A stretch of 60,573 nucleotides of DNA from an uncultured Planctomycetaceae bacterium (GTDB lineage Bacteria > Planctomycetota > Phycisphaerae > SM23-33), in contig CAYQJH010000003.1 of the NCBI GenBank assembly GCA_964417755.1, forward strand, positions 1 through 60,573, read 5' to 3'. The position numbers and the translations under genes are program-made. The notes beneath the pieces were generated by a model that saw only the letters and a list, made by a program, of their open reading frames with translations, made no database searches and was not told where the DNA came from. Below, in pieces: positions 17,034 to 26,639 of the stretch. Within the stretch, counting starts at the first letter, position 1; each line of letters begins with the position of its first letter.

Positions 17034-18656
17034 ATGAAAGCACAAGACCTGAAGCTCGATGAACTCGTCCGTTTTGCCGAGGGCAGGATCAGCCTGCATG
17101 GCCGCCGACTGGCACTGCATGACCTGAGAGCCTTTACGCAGTTGCGCCAGGACCTTCTGACGATGGTGGGCCCGGAGCAGGCCCGCCGAATCTTTACGCG
17201 GTTTGGCTATTTTTGGGGCGAAGCTGACGCCGCCGCCCTCAAACGCGTATTCAAATGGGACAGCCTGCGCGATTACCTGCTGGCCCTACCACGAATGCAC
17301 AGCCTCCAGGGCATGTCCCGCATGCTCGTCAAGCGTCTGGATGTCGACCCGCATGACAGCCAGTTCCGCATGGACCTGACCTGGCACGACAGCGGCGAAA
17401 TCGAAGATCGCCCAGAGGGCCTGCCGTCCAACGAGACCCTGTGCTGGCTGATTGTTGGGTACGCAAGTGGCTTCGCATCCTGGTGCCAGGGCCGCGAGAT
17501 ATTCTTTATTGAGCATAAGTGCTGCGCCCGCGGGGAGAGAGTCTGCGCAGCCATCGGCAAGGACCGGCAGTCCTGGGGCGATGAGATCAAGGAGTACCTG
17601 AGGTACTATCGCACCGACGACATTGTCGGAAAGATTCGCGACCTGTCGGCCCGGCTGCAGAAGGCCACCCGCGAACTGGCCGTCCAGCGCCGCCAGCTGG
17701 GTCTCTCGGACAGCGGCCCCCAGCCCGCATGGCCGGAAGTCCGCTCCAGCGGCTTTCAGCGGGTGCTGGAGATGGCCCATCGCGTGGGCCCCTACGATAG
17801 TTCGATCCTCATCACGGGCGAGAGCGGCGTGGGCAAGGAAGTGCTCGCACGGTACATCCACCGGCTCTCCATCCGATCCAAGCTTCCATTCCTGGCCGTC
17901 AACTGCGGCGCCCTTCCCGAAACGTTGCTGGAGAGCGAGTTGTTCGGCCACAAGGCCGGTGCTTTTACCGGCGCCATCGGCGATCGTGTCGGCCTGTTCG
18001 AGCAGGCCAGCGGCAGCACGCTGTTCCTGGACGAGATCGGCGACATCTCGCCCAACATGCAGGTCAAACTTCTTCGCGTGTTGCAGGAAAAGGAGATCAT
18101 GCCCGTCGGCGCCAGCAGGGTGCGAAAGGTAGACGTGCGGATCATCGCCGCGACGAACAAGGACCTCCATGCCGAAATCGCCGCCGGAAGATTCCGCGAA
18201 GACCTCTACTACCGCCTGAGCGTCATCGAGATCGACATACCACCGCTTCGCCAGCGGCAGGAAGATGTGCTGCCCCTGGCACGCACCTTCGTCAGCCGCC
18301 TGGCCCGCCGGCTGAAGATGCCTGCACTGCGTCTGGATGCCGCCTGCCTGGACTACCTGCTGAACTACGCCTGGCCGGGCAATGTCCGCGAACTGGAGAA
18401 CGCCATCGAGCGTGCGGCGGTGCTGTCGCGCGAAGGAACAATCCTGCCGGAGCACTTGCCGCCGGGCATCCTGCAGGCCAGGCAGCGGCCCGTCAAGGCG
18501 CTTTCCGTTCGACGCACGCTGGCCCAGGTCGAGAAGGAACATATCCAGGCGGTGCTGGAGTCCACTGGCGGCAACCGCACGCAGGCGGCGCAGATCCTGG
18601 CCATCAGCCCGGCTACGTTGTGGCGCAAGTTGCGGTCAGAGAATCAGCCCTCATGA
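17034..18656 (+). CDS. sigma54-dependent Fis-family activator with XylR-N/V4R sensory domain
   Basis: N-terminal 'GRISLHGRRLAL...TRFGYFWG' and V4R 'GYASGFAS...FFIEHKCCARGERVC'. AAA domain with GESGVGKE, ESELFGHKAGAFTGA, LFLDEIGD and FREDLYYRL. C-terminal HTH GGNRTQAAQILAISPATLWRKL. Confidence 0.95.
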   Translation: MKAQDLKLDELVRFAEGRISLHGRRLALHDLRAFTQLRQDLLTMVGPEQARRIFTRFGYFWGEADAAALKRVFKWDSLRDYLLALPRMHSLQGMSRMLVKRLDVDPHDSQFRMDLTWHDSGEIEDRPEGLPSNETLCWLIVGYASGFASWCQGREIFFIEHKCCARGERVCAAIGKDRQSWGDEIKEYLRYYRTDDIVGKIRDLSARLQKATRELAVQRRQLGLSDSGPQPAWPEVRSSGFQRVLEMAHRVGPYDSSILITGESGVGKEVLARYIHRLSIRSKLPFLAVNCGALPETLLESELFGHKAGAFTGAIGDRVGLFEQASGSTLFLDEIGDISPNMQVKLLRVLQEKEIMPVGASRVRKVDVRIIAATNKDLHAEIAAGRFREDLYYRLSVIEIDIPPLRQRQEDVLPLARTFVSRLARRLKMPALRLDAACLDYLLNYAWPGNVRELENAIERAAVLSREGTILPEHLPPGILQARQRPVKALSVRRTLAQVEKEHIQAVLESTGGNRTQAAQILAISPATLWRKLRSENQPS

Positions 18657-18889
18657 AATTCAAGCATTCGCAGCGGATCCAGCAGCAGGAAGACATCCCG
18701 GCTGGCCAGGTAGGCCGTGATTGCCTGCGCCATTCGCTGCTTGACCTGCGCAGTGGTCTGGCCGTACGCGACGCAGCCGACCAGCGAAGGACAACTGGCT
18801 CTGAATTGAGCCAGAGACAGCCTCTCGATGTTCACGGTCAGCCTGCCGTTTGGCGGCAGCAACAGCGTATCTTCAATCTGGCGGTTCAT
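18644..18889 (-). CDS. HicB-like antitoxin domain protein (orphan)
   Basis: 'FRASCPSLVGCVAYGQTTAQVKQRMAQAITAYL' matches the HicB RNase-H-like core pattern. RBS GGAGG precedes the ATG. Confidence 0.6.
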   Translation of the reverse strand: MNRQIEDTLLLPPNGRLTVNIERLSLAQFRASCPSLVGCVAYGQTTAQVKQRMAQAITAYLASRDVFLLLDPLRMLEFHEG

Positions 18890-19197
18890 GTTGCCTCCAT
18901 GACAGCCGTCTGTCCGCTACATCTTTGATCTCGGACTGCATATTCCGTAAGCAGCCGCCGGCGTCGTCGCTTCAACAGCCCAGCGCCCGCGCCTGAAGCG
19001 ATGGCTTCTTCAACTACAAGACACTCTCGATGCTGCCGGGTTAGGCCAATGACAAGGCGATGGGACCGTATTCGCCCGAAGCTGCGCTATGGCCATGCGG
19101 ATCGTCCATGCCGGCAAGAGCAAGTACTACGCCGCCTTCACGCCTTCAGCTACTCTTCGTCAACGCGTCTATGGTGGTCTGCAGCCGCGAAAACAGG

Positions 19198-21297
19198 CTA
19201 CTTGACCTTCCAATCGCTGTATTCCACCTCGAAGTAGAGGTCGTCGCCCGGCAGAGCCAGGATCTTCTCCAGAAGGTAGTGCTTGCCGTCGATCGGCAGA
19301 CGGACGCGGATCGGCGTGACACCAGCCGCCTTAGCCTCGTTTTCGACCCTGGCCTCCATCTGCTTCTGCATGCCGGCTGCCTGCTGGGCTGCATCGAGCT
19401 TCACCGGCTCGACGGTGCGATCCGTCGTCATCTTGGCAAACTCGTTCACCAACTGCAGCGGACCAGAAAAACCGCTTTGCGCCAGCGTGAACAGTCCGCC
19501 CGGCCGGCCGTACTTGCCCTCGGCTGGGGCATAGTAGTTCACCATCACGTGCATTGTCGGCGTGTCAAGCTTGGGCAGGTTCACCCGAAGCCGGCCCGCC
19601 GCCGGCGTTGGCCCTTTAGGCGTCTCGACGTACACCATCTCCACCGGGAAGCTGGAAAGCTCAGCCGCCGACGCAGCCGAGCGGATCAGCGGGATCAGCA
19701 CCTGGCCGGACTGCTCATCCTTCGCCGGGCTGACGGTCGAGCCGCTGACGGCGACCGACCAGATATCCGCCCCTTCGGGCATCATCACCCGCAGGAATTG
19801 GTTGCGGTTGTTGCGGACGGTGTAGATTACGCGGGTCATCCGCCTGCCATCATCGAGCTGCATCGTGGTGAACAGCGCCGAGTCGGAGATTGTCACCAAG
19901 GCTGGCACCTCGCCGTGCTTCTTGACGGCCAGGGGGATATCGAACTTCTCCGAGACATAGCGGAAGGCCAGCAGCACCGGCTGCTTGGTCATCGTGACGA
20001 TCTCAGAAGGCAGTTCCTTCACATCGATGATGGTCGCACCCTCGACCTTGCCGGGCATAATCTCAACGTTAGCAAGCGCGATTACACCAACAAAACCCTT
20101 CTCGCGTTCCACGCCCACGGTCCGCAGTACCGCCGCGCCCCCTGCCTGCGGGATCGGCGCCTCGTACGAGATCCGCAGGTTGTACGGGCCAATGATCTCA
20201 CCGCGCAGCGTCACCAGGATCTGGCCTTCTTTATCCACTCGCCAGTCCTGGACGTTTCGCCCGGTGACCTCCAGCACGCTCACGCCGGCCGGCGCGGTCA
20301 GTTTCAGCTCTCGCACGGCCGTGTGCAGGATGTTCAAGTCCACAAGCTCCTGGCAGACGAGGATGCCCTCGGCCACCGCGATCAGCGTCTTGGTCTCCGC
20401 ATAGAGTTTGGGCGGGACGGCCTGGGCCTTGGGCAACGCGCGCTCCCACGCGATGTTCAGCGGCTGGCCTGGCGGCAGGGCGGCAGCGACGTGCGTCTGG
20501 TTTTTCTCCTTATCCACCTTGCTCAGCAGCGACAGCGAGCCGGCAATCTTGGCGTCGATCTGCGGATCGTTGACTGTCAGGTCGATCACGCTGCTGCCAG
20601 GAGCGGTCCGCTCGAACGAGATCGTGCTGATGCCCAGGTTCTTGCTGACCAGCACCGAGAACTTCAATGATACATCCATCGTTCCGGCTTTATCCGTCAG
20701 CAATTCATAGACATTCCCAGCCAGGTTCAGGTGAACGCCCTCGGGCAGTTTCGATTCGACCATCGCAACGCTGGCTGGCAGAATGGGAATTCGCTTCCAG
20801 CCGGCCTTGCGCAGCACGTCGAGTTTGAGGTTGAGGGTGAAGTCGGCTGCGTCGGCCCCGATGACGCCGACGTACTGGCTGGAGTTGATGATGAAATCCG
20901 TCGGTGGCGGCGTTTCGACCTCTGGCCGCTTCTTGATCGACCACTCCAGCAAGGCCTTGAAGTCTGACCAGGGCAGATCGACCATGGTCCGATCCATGCC
21001 GACCTTGCCCTTGAGCTCGACGCCCAGCAGGCTCTCGACCTCGCTCCAAGGAATCGTCAACACCTGCGAGCCCTTCCTGGTCGGGTCGTAGCCGGTGATC
21101 TTGACGAACTCGTCCCAGCTAAGCGTGACGGTGCCCTTGCCCTCGCCGATCAGCACTGGCGCGCGCGGTGCCGGGGCCATCGCGGACGCCGATGCCCGCT
21201 GCGTGGCGGGGGCTGCATCTTGCGCAGCCGCGACTTTAAAGAGAACGCTGGACATCATCAGGCCGGCCATCAGCATCATCAGGCATGCACGCTTCAT
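19198..21297 (-). CDS. Exported protein of unknown family (paralogue of 21419-25588)
   Basis: Signal peptide MKRACLMMLMAGLMMSSVLFKVAAA, strong coding bias, and shared motifs with the upstream gene. Confidence 0.85.
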   Translation of the reverse strand: MKRACLMMLMAGLMMSSVLFKVAAAQDAAPATQRASASAMAPAPRAPVLIGEGKGTVTLSWDEFVKITGYDPTRKGSQVLTIPWSEVESLLGVELKGKVGMDRTMVDLPWSDFKALLEWSIKKRPEVETPPPTDFIINSSQYVGVIGADAADFTLNLKLDVLRKAGWKRIPILPASVAMVESKLPEGVHLNLAGNVYELLTDKAGTMDVSLKFSVLVSKNLGISTISFERTAPGSSVIDLTVNDPQIDAKIAGSLSLLSKVDKEKNQTHVAAALPPGQPLNIAWERALPKAQAVPPKLYAETKTLIAVAEGILVCQELVDLNILHTAVRELKLTAPAGVSVLEVTGRNVQDWRVDKEGQILVTLRGEIIGPYNLRISYEAPIPQAGGAAVLRTVGVEREKGFVGVIALANVEIMPGKVEGATIIDVKELPSEIVTMTKQPVLLAFRYVSEKFDIPLAVKKHGEVPALVTISDSALFTTMQLDDGRRMTRVIYTVRNNRNQFLRVMMPEGADIWSVAVSGSTVSPAKDEQSGQVLIPLIRSAASAAELSSFPVEMVYVETPKGPTPAAGRLRVNLPKLDTPTMHVMVNYYAPAEGKYGRPGGLFTLAQSGFSGPLQLVNEFAKMTTDRTVEPVKLDAAQQAAGMQKQMEARVENEAKAAGVTPIRVRLPIDGKHYLLEKILALPGDDLYFEVEYSDWKVK

Positions 21298-21418
21298 GTG
21301 AGTTCCTTTCTGAAAGTCACTTCAGTGTTCAGACTATTTTGCTGTGTTAGGGTAATCACTGCTTCTCTTAGCTCCGGACTCCGGGCTTCGGGCTCCGGGA
21401 ACGGCAACGGCAAAGACC

Positions 21419-24400
21419 TTATTGCTTCCGCTCCTCGTAGCCCGCCCGGAGCGTCAGATCATCCGTCGGCTCGAGCAGTCTGGCCTCGAACTTGACCACC
21501 TGCCCCAGGCGGGGCACCTCGATGTTCTGCGGCACGTCCACTGCCAGGACATCCTTTGCGGCTTCGGTCCAAAACTGCATGGGCGCCGCGCCGACGGCCG
21601 TCAGGCTGTCGCCGTTGTCCATCAGGATGTACTTGTCGTGCGGCAGATTGAATGTGTTGCCCTCGATGATCAGCCCGTTGTACGTATCGCCCGCGAACAC
21701 CGTGTTGCTGATGACATTGTTGGCCAGCAGGGCGTCGCTGCCGACAATCGTGTCCTGTCGCCGCTTGCCCCAGGCGCCCTGCCCGCGCTCGGCCTGTAAT
21801 TCGATCAGCGAGCGCAACTGCGCCTCATCGATGATGGCCGTCGCCCTGCCATTGGCGCTGGGCTGGAAGCTGATGCCCAATGCCGTAGCCGCCCCGGCCG
21901 TCAGTGTGAAGTTGACGCTGCTGACGCTGACCTTCTGGCCGAGATTCCGCTGGAGCTTGTCGAGCAGGTCCACCTGAACGTCGTCCATGAATGCGCCGGC
22001 AACAGGCTTCCTGCCGTCGTCGTGGAGTTGCCAATCATAATTGCTCTCGACAAAGCGGGCGAATTCGCGGCGATCCACGTCGGGAACTTCGCGGGCTTGC
22101 TGCCAATCGATCTGCGAGCTCGATTTCACGCTGTCCGGGAACCGCGAGCCCCCGGCCCAGCCGTCACCTGCCGCGTTCTGCCCGCTGTTCTCCAGCTTCA
22201 GCCCCTTTGCCTGCTGCTGGGCGAAATTAAAGCCCTTTTCCACTTGCGGCCCGCGCGTCTCTTTCAGCCCGCGAAGAAGATAGGCAACCTTTTCATGATT
22301 CTCGCCAGTTTGAATAATCGTGAGCGTGCCGCCGTCTAGTGTGATGCTCCCCTGTTGCCACGATTGAGGGTCAATGGCGGAGGTGATGCTCTTAATGATG
22401 TGGTCAGCATTGCTGCCGGCGTCGGTCCCGTCCGTTAAGATAGAGCCATCGCCCTGCGATCCATTCACAAGACCGCCCAGATCCTTTACATTCGTGATCA
22501 AGTCGCGGATGTCATATCGCCGAACCACCGGCGCGAGGCGATCCCGAGCTCTAATTCGTGCGGATGTCCCGGGGGCGAAAGCCACGTGTACTGTGCCAAA
22601 GGTTTGTCCCGCAGGCGACGGCTGTGATTGGGCTATGTCCGCCTCCCAGTTCGCCTGGGCGTTATACGACGTGATTCCATCAGCGCTCCAGGCTGACACC
22701 TTGCCGCCGGAAACCGGCTGGCTTGCCGCGTTAGGCGCGGGCTGCGCACCCCGTTGATTCTCCGGTGACCGCACTGACTCCACTGCCAGTTCATCCAGAT
22801 CCTTCTGGGACAGGGCCGACGGGTCCAATTCCCGCAATTGCCTGCCGATCTTCATCGCCTGGGCTGCCTTGCCAGATCGCTTCAGGTCCTCGAATTCTCG
22901 CCTGTAACCCGTGGCCCGCTTCTTACTGATTGCCCGCACCGCCTCCAGGCTCGCGATAATCTCATCCTTGGCCTTGCTGTCGTTGAGGCTGTGCGCGATC
23001 TCCTGTGCCGCTATCAGAGTGTTCTTCGCCTCGTTCAGCCGGCCAGATGCCGAAAGCTTCTTGGCCTCTTCGAGGAGGCCCTCTTGCTTCTGCTGAATGC
23101 CGCGGCTGATGTTGGACATCTCCTTGTCAACCTCGAGCTTGGCCAACTTCTCACCGGCACCGCCTGGCCTGGCTGCGGTCACGCCGCTGGAATCGCTGCC
23201 GGGGCCGCCGGATGGCGCAGTGGCTGGCACCTTCTGTCCACCGGCCATCACTGTGCCGGAATCTGGAATCACGAGCTTGGAGGCATCCTCGTCCGAGCGG
23301 GCGTTGGTCCACATGTTCCTGGCGTTGGACCAGTCGTTGGACTCGGGCGCAAGCTCGCCCACCTTCTTGAAGTTCTCGATGGCTTTGTCGTATTCGCCCT
23401 TGTCATAGAGCTCGACGCCCTTGCGGTAGTAGTTGCGCGCCAACAGTGCCGCGCCCGACTTGTTGAGATTGCTGTTCGCTCCGGCCGCAGACGACGAAGC
23501 GAGCGCGGCGCGGGACATTTCCAGCGACGGCCGGGCCGGAACGCTAACGACAGCCAGCGGCGCACCGGCAATCGGCTGACTTGCCGCATGTTCCGCCAGC
23601 GCACCATCGTGATTCGCGAGAAGGCCGGCCAATGGCATGTTTCCTGCTGCAGTCGTAAAGCTTTGGGAACCAGCAGCAACACTGACCTGCTGCCCATTAG
23701 AGAGCGCGAGCATCGGCACTGTGGCGGCCATAGCCGCCGCAGCTTCGGTTGGCCTAGGCGCGGCCTTCGGGCTGACGACATGGCTGATCGCCTCGGCCAG
23801 TTCACCGTAGCCGTAATCCAGGCTTGCCTTGGCAATCTGGCTGCTGAACTGCTCCACCGGCCTCATGGGTCCCGACCACTGCCGCAGGTCCAGGTTCCTG
23901 GGCAGGTAAGCCTCGCCCCAGGCGTAGGCAATCGGCAGGTCGATGCGAGGCAAGGGCACCGCCAGTTGGCTATCGCGCATTGCCGCATCAGCGTCAGCCA
24001 GATAGACGATCTCAACAGGAAAGCTCACCAGGCCAAGCACGCCCGAGCGCGACTTCTCCAGCGGCAGCAGGTAGCTGTTGAGCGCCGCCGGGCCGCCCTC
24101 GCCAGCTATCGGGGAAATGGGGCAACTCTTGTCGCTGACGCGAGCCAGCAGGATCATTGCCCCAGCCGGAAGGTCCACACGCAGAAACTGCCGCGTGCGA
24201 TTGCGGATCTCGTAGCGAACGCGGCAAAGCGACCGGCCGTCCTGCTGGGCGAAGACTTCGTAATGGGCGAGGTCGGCCAGCGTCTGTCGCAGCGCGCCGG
24301 CGGCCAGGCTCAGCACCTCCGCCGAGGCGGTGAATTCGCGAGATATGATCTCGTACGCCATGACAGCCGGGCCGCTTAATATAGCCGCCGCCGATGACCG

Positions 24401-25588
24401 GACCTCGGAAAGTGCCAGTTCCTTCAGGCCGCTGGTGGCGGCTGGAAAGATCTCGCTGGAGCCAGCCGTATTGGTGACGGTGAGTGTCCCTTCCGTCCAG
24501 CGTCCGTTCTCCACGTTGAGCGTGCCCAACTGCCGCATATTGCCTTCGCCCAGCGGCAGTTCGTACTTCAGCGTCAGCGGCGTCTGGCCAAGCACCTTTC
24601 CGCGCAGCGTGATCGTCGCCTGGCCAGGCGCGATCTGCACGTCCCTGACCTCCGGGCCGGTGACGGCCGCACGCTGCGTCTTGTCGGAAAGCAGCAAAAC
24701 TATCTTGTCGGTCGCACTGCCGGCGATGCGGACCTTGAGGGCGGCAGTGACCTGCTGCACGTCGGCATCGATGTTCCAGGCTACATCACCGCTGAGCTCG
24801 TAGCGCACGGGCTTCTCGCTCTGCACTTGCGGGGCGGCGTAGTCTACCTGCAGCGACGAGCGGGGCGAGAGTGCGATCTGCCCGTGTGTGCCGGCTCGGC
24901 TATCGCCGACAATCTGCCGCGGCCAGGCAGGCTCGGTAGAGACCTGCCAAGCCTTGGGTGAGTCAAACACGAAGAACGTTTGAGCCGTTCGCGGGATGGT
25001 CATCTCGAATCGCCCGCCAGGCAGGCTGGCGGTCTGGGGCTTGATCGGCGCGGAGACAGTGATTCTATAAAGGCCGGCCTCGGCAGAGGCATCCAACACC
25101 AGGCAAAGTTGGCCCGCGAGGACAGCAAGTTCGGCCGGTTTGCCATTGACCTGAATATCCTGCCAGGCCAGGTCGGCTCCCAGGAGCGGCAAGGGGCCTT
25201 GCCTGCGCACGCCGGCTGGGTCAAAAACACGCAGCTCGATCTCGGCTGTCAGCCTGGCGGCGCCGTCTGCGGCGACTTCCATATGATACCTGCCGCTGTC
25301 AAGCGCAAAGGCAACCGGGCATGGCCTTTGGGCGGTGCCTCCAGCTTGCGTGTCCAGCAGGAACTGCCGGTAAAGGTCAGCCGGTATGCGGAAATGCGAG
25401 TCCTGCAGCATCCGGCTTCGTTCGAGGAGGGCCTTGACCAAGGCGGCATGCGTTCCATCTGGCGTGAAGACGATGGCCGAGGTTTGGTCCGCAGACCGGG
25501 CCGGCGTCGCCGAAGTGGAAACACGAGCAGCCATGGCAATGGCAATCGTGACTGATAAGGAAGCAGCTATCAGCAGTCCTCGAAGCAT
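21419..25588 (-). CDS. Large exported protein of unknown family with an inserted TPR and a secretin-N-like segment
   Basis: Signal peptide MLRGLLIAASLSVTIAIAMAA after GAGGG. TPR 'ARNYYRKGVELYDKGEYDKAIENFKKVGELAP'. Segment 'VRRYDIRDLI...IIKSITSAIDPQSW...GTLTIIQTGENHEKVAYLLRGLK'. Confidence 0.85.
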   Translation of the reverse strand: MLRGLLIAASLSVTIAIAMAARVSTSATPARSADQTSAIVFTPDGTHAALVKALLERSRMLQDSHFRIPADLYRQFLLDTQAGGTAQRPCPVAFALDSGRYHMEVAADGAARLTAEIELRVFDPAGVRRQGPLPLLGADLAWQDIQVNGKPAELAVLAGQLCLVLDASAEAGLYRITVSAPIKPQTASLPGGRFEMTIPRTAQTFFVFDSPKAWQVSTEPAWPRQIVGDSRAGTHGQIALSPRSSLQVDYAAPQVQSEKPVRYELSGDVAWNIDADVQQVTAALKVRIAGSATDKIVLLLSDKTQRAAVTGPEVRDVQIAPGQATITLRGKVLGQTPLTLKYELPLGEGNMRQLGTLNVENGRWTEGTLTVTNTAGSSEIFPAATSGLKELALSEVRSSAAAILSGPAVMAYEIISREFTASAEVLSLAAGALRQTLADLAHYEVFAQQDGRSLCRVRYEIRNRTRQFLRVDLPAGAMILLARVSDKSCPISPIAGEGGPAALNSYLLPLEKSRSGVLGLVSFPVEIVYLADADAAMRDSQLAVPLPRIDLPIAYAWGEAYLPRNLDLRQWSGPMRPVEQFSSQIAKASLDYGYGELAEAISHVVSPKAAPRPTEAAAAMAATVPMLALSNGQQVSVAAGSQSFTTAAGNMPLAGLLANHDGALAEHAASQPIAGAPLAVVSVPARPSLEMSRAALASSSAAGANSNLNKSGAALLARNYYRKGVELYDKGEYDKAIENFKKVGELAPESNDWSNARNMWTNARSDEDASKLVIPDSGTVMAGGQKVPATAPSGGPGSDSSGVTAARPGGAGEKLAKLEVDKEMSNISRGIQQKQEGLLEEAKKLSASGRLNEAKNTLIAAQEIAHSLNDSKAKDEIIASLEAVRAISKKRATGYRREFEDLKRSGKAAQAMKIGRQLRELDPSALSQKDLDELAVESVRSPENQRGAQPAPNAASQPVSGGKVSAWSADGITSYNAQANWEADIAQSQPSPAGQTFGTVHVAFAPGTSARIRARDRLAPVVRRYDIRDLITNVKDLGGLVNGSQGDGSILTDGTDAGSNADHIIKSITSAIDPQSWQQGSITLDGGTLTIIQTGENHEKVAYLLRGLKETRGPQVEKGFNFAQQQAKGLKLENSGQNAAGDGWAGGSRFPDSVKSSSQIDWQQAREVPDVDRREFARFVESNYDWQLHDDGRKPVAGAFMDDVQVDLLDKLQRNLGQKVSVSSVNFTLTAGAATALGISFQPSANGRATAIIDEAQLRSLIELQAERGQGAWGKRRQDTIVGSDALLANNVISNTVFAGDTYNGLIIEGNTFNLPHDKYILMDNGDSLTAVGAAPMQFWTEAAKDVLAVDVPQNIEVPRLGQVVKFEARLLEPTDDLTLRAGYEERKQ

Positions 25589-25820
25589 ACCGCCCTCGAC
25601 ACGGAAGTCTGGCAACAGTGATACCGTCTGTCAGACGAGCGGCAAAGAGAAAAGTTCCCGCAGCAACAAGCAATCCTTCCGCTGATCAGGCGCCGCCTGG
25701 TGGCTGGCGAGGCCGACCGCCATGGAGCCACGAGAGTCTCGCGACTCCAGGTGCGTCTGCCCTGCCATGTTTGGGCGTGGCCAATTGACAGAGCAAGGCC
25801 ACTGGAGTAAGGTATCGGCC

Positions 25821-26639
25821 ATGAGGCCAAAATGGCTTTTCTCTGTCCGCGGGCGGGTTTCCTTCCCATTGAGTATCGCGATGGGAATCGCACCGATCCT
25901 GGTCCTGCTAGCCGTCTGGTTTCTTCTCACCAGGGGTCCAGTCGAAGAGCGCGCGATCAGTCCGAGTATTCTCCCCAGTCCGTGCGAGGTCTTCAGCCCC
26001 CCCGAGAGTATCCTGCCCCTCTTTCAGGACCGCAACCTGATTCACCATGTTCTTGTCAGTCTCAAACGGGTGGCCGTCGGTTACCTGCTGGCTGTGGCAA
26101 TCACTTTGCCCTTGGGCATCCTGATGGGCAGCTTTGGAGTCGCGCGGGCCATGGGGTCTCCGCTGGCCACCGCCAGCGGCTACATCCCCATTGCCACGCT
26201 GGTGCCATTGACCATGTCCTGGTTCGGCACGGGCGAGCAACAGAAGATCGTCTTCCTGGCCTTGGCGTTCGCAATCTATCTGCTGCCGATGGTGGTCAAG
26301 GCAATCGATGGCGTGTCGGATATCTACGTTCGTACAGCCAGAACGCTAGGCGCGTCGCCATGGCATGTCGTTTGGCGAATCCTTATTCCCATCGCGCTAC
26401 CTGATATCTGGCACGGCATGAGGCTGGCCTTTGGTGTGGGCTGGACGTACCTCGTGCTGGCCGAGGTTGTCGTGATGGCAGATGGCCTCGGGTATCTCAT
26501 AGCGTTTTCGCAGCGGCGCGGACCTCGCGAACATATCTATCTCGTCATCCTGATGATAACGCTGGTGGCTTGGATAGCAGACTTGGGCTGGACGCTGCTG
26601 GGCAAGATATTGTTCCCGTACAAGAGAGGTGAACGATGA
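25821..26639 (+). CDS. ABC transporter permease, NitT/TauT (SsuC-like)
   Basis: 'ISPSILPSPCEV', 'HVLVSLKRVAVGY', the EAA-like loop 'YVRTARTLGAS', 'IPIALPDIWHGMRLAFGVGWTYLVLAE'. Start moved to the ATG at 25821. Confidence 0.92.
   Translation: MRPKWLFSVRGRVSFPLSIAMGIAPILVLLAVWFLLTRGPVEERAISPSILPSPCEVFSPPESILPLFQDRNLIHHVLVSLKRVAVGYLLAVAITLPLGILMGSFGVARAMGSPLATASGYIPIATLVPLTMSWFGTGEQQKIVFLALAFAIYLLPMVVKAIDGVSDIYVRTARTLGASPWHVVWRILIPIALPDIWHGMRLAFGVGWTYLVLAEVVVMADGLGYLIAFSQRRGPREHIYLVILMITLVAWIADLGWTLLGKILFPYKRGER

Noticed and set aside
19060-24379. Long plus-strand ORFs 19060-20670 and 22838-24379
   Set aside because: They lie entirely antisense to well-formed signal-peptide genes and have the Arg/His/Ala-rich composition typical of shadow frames.
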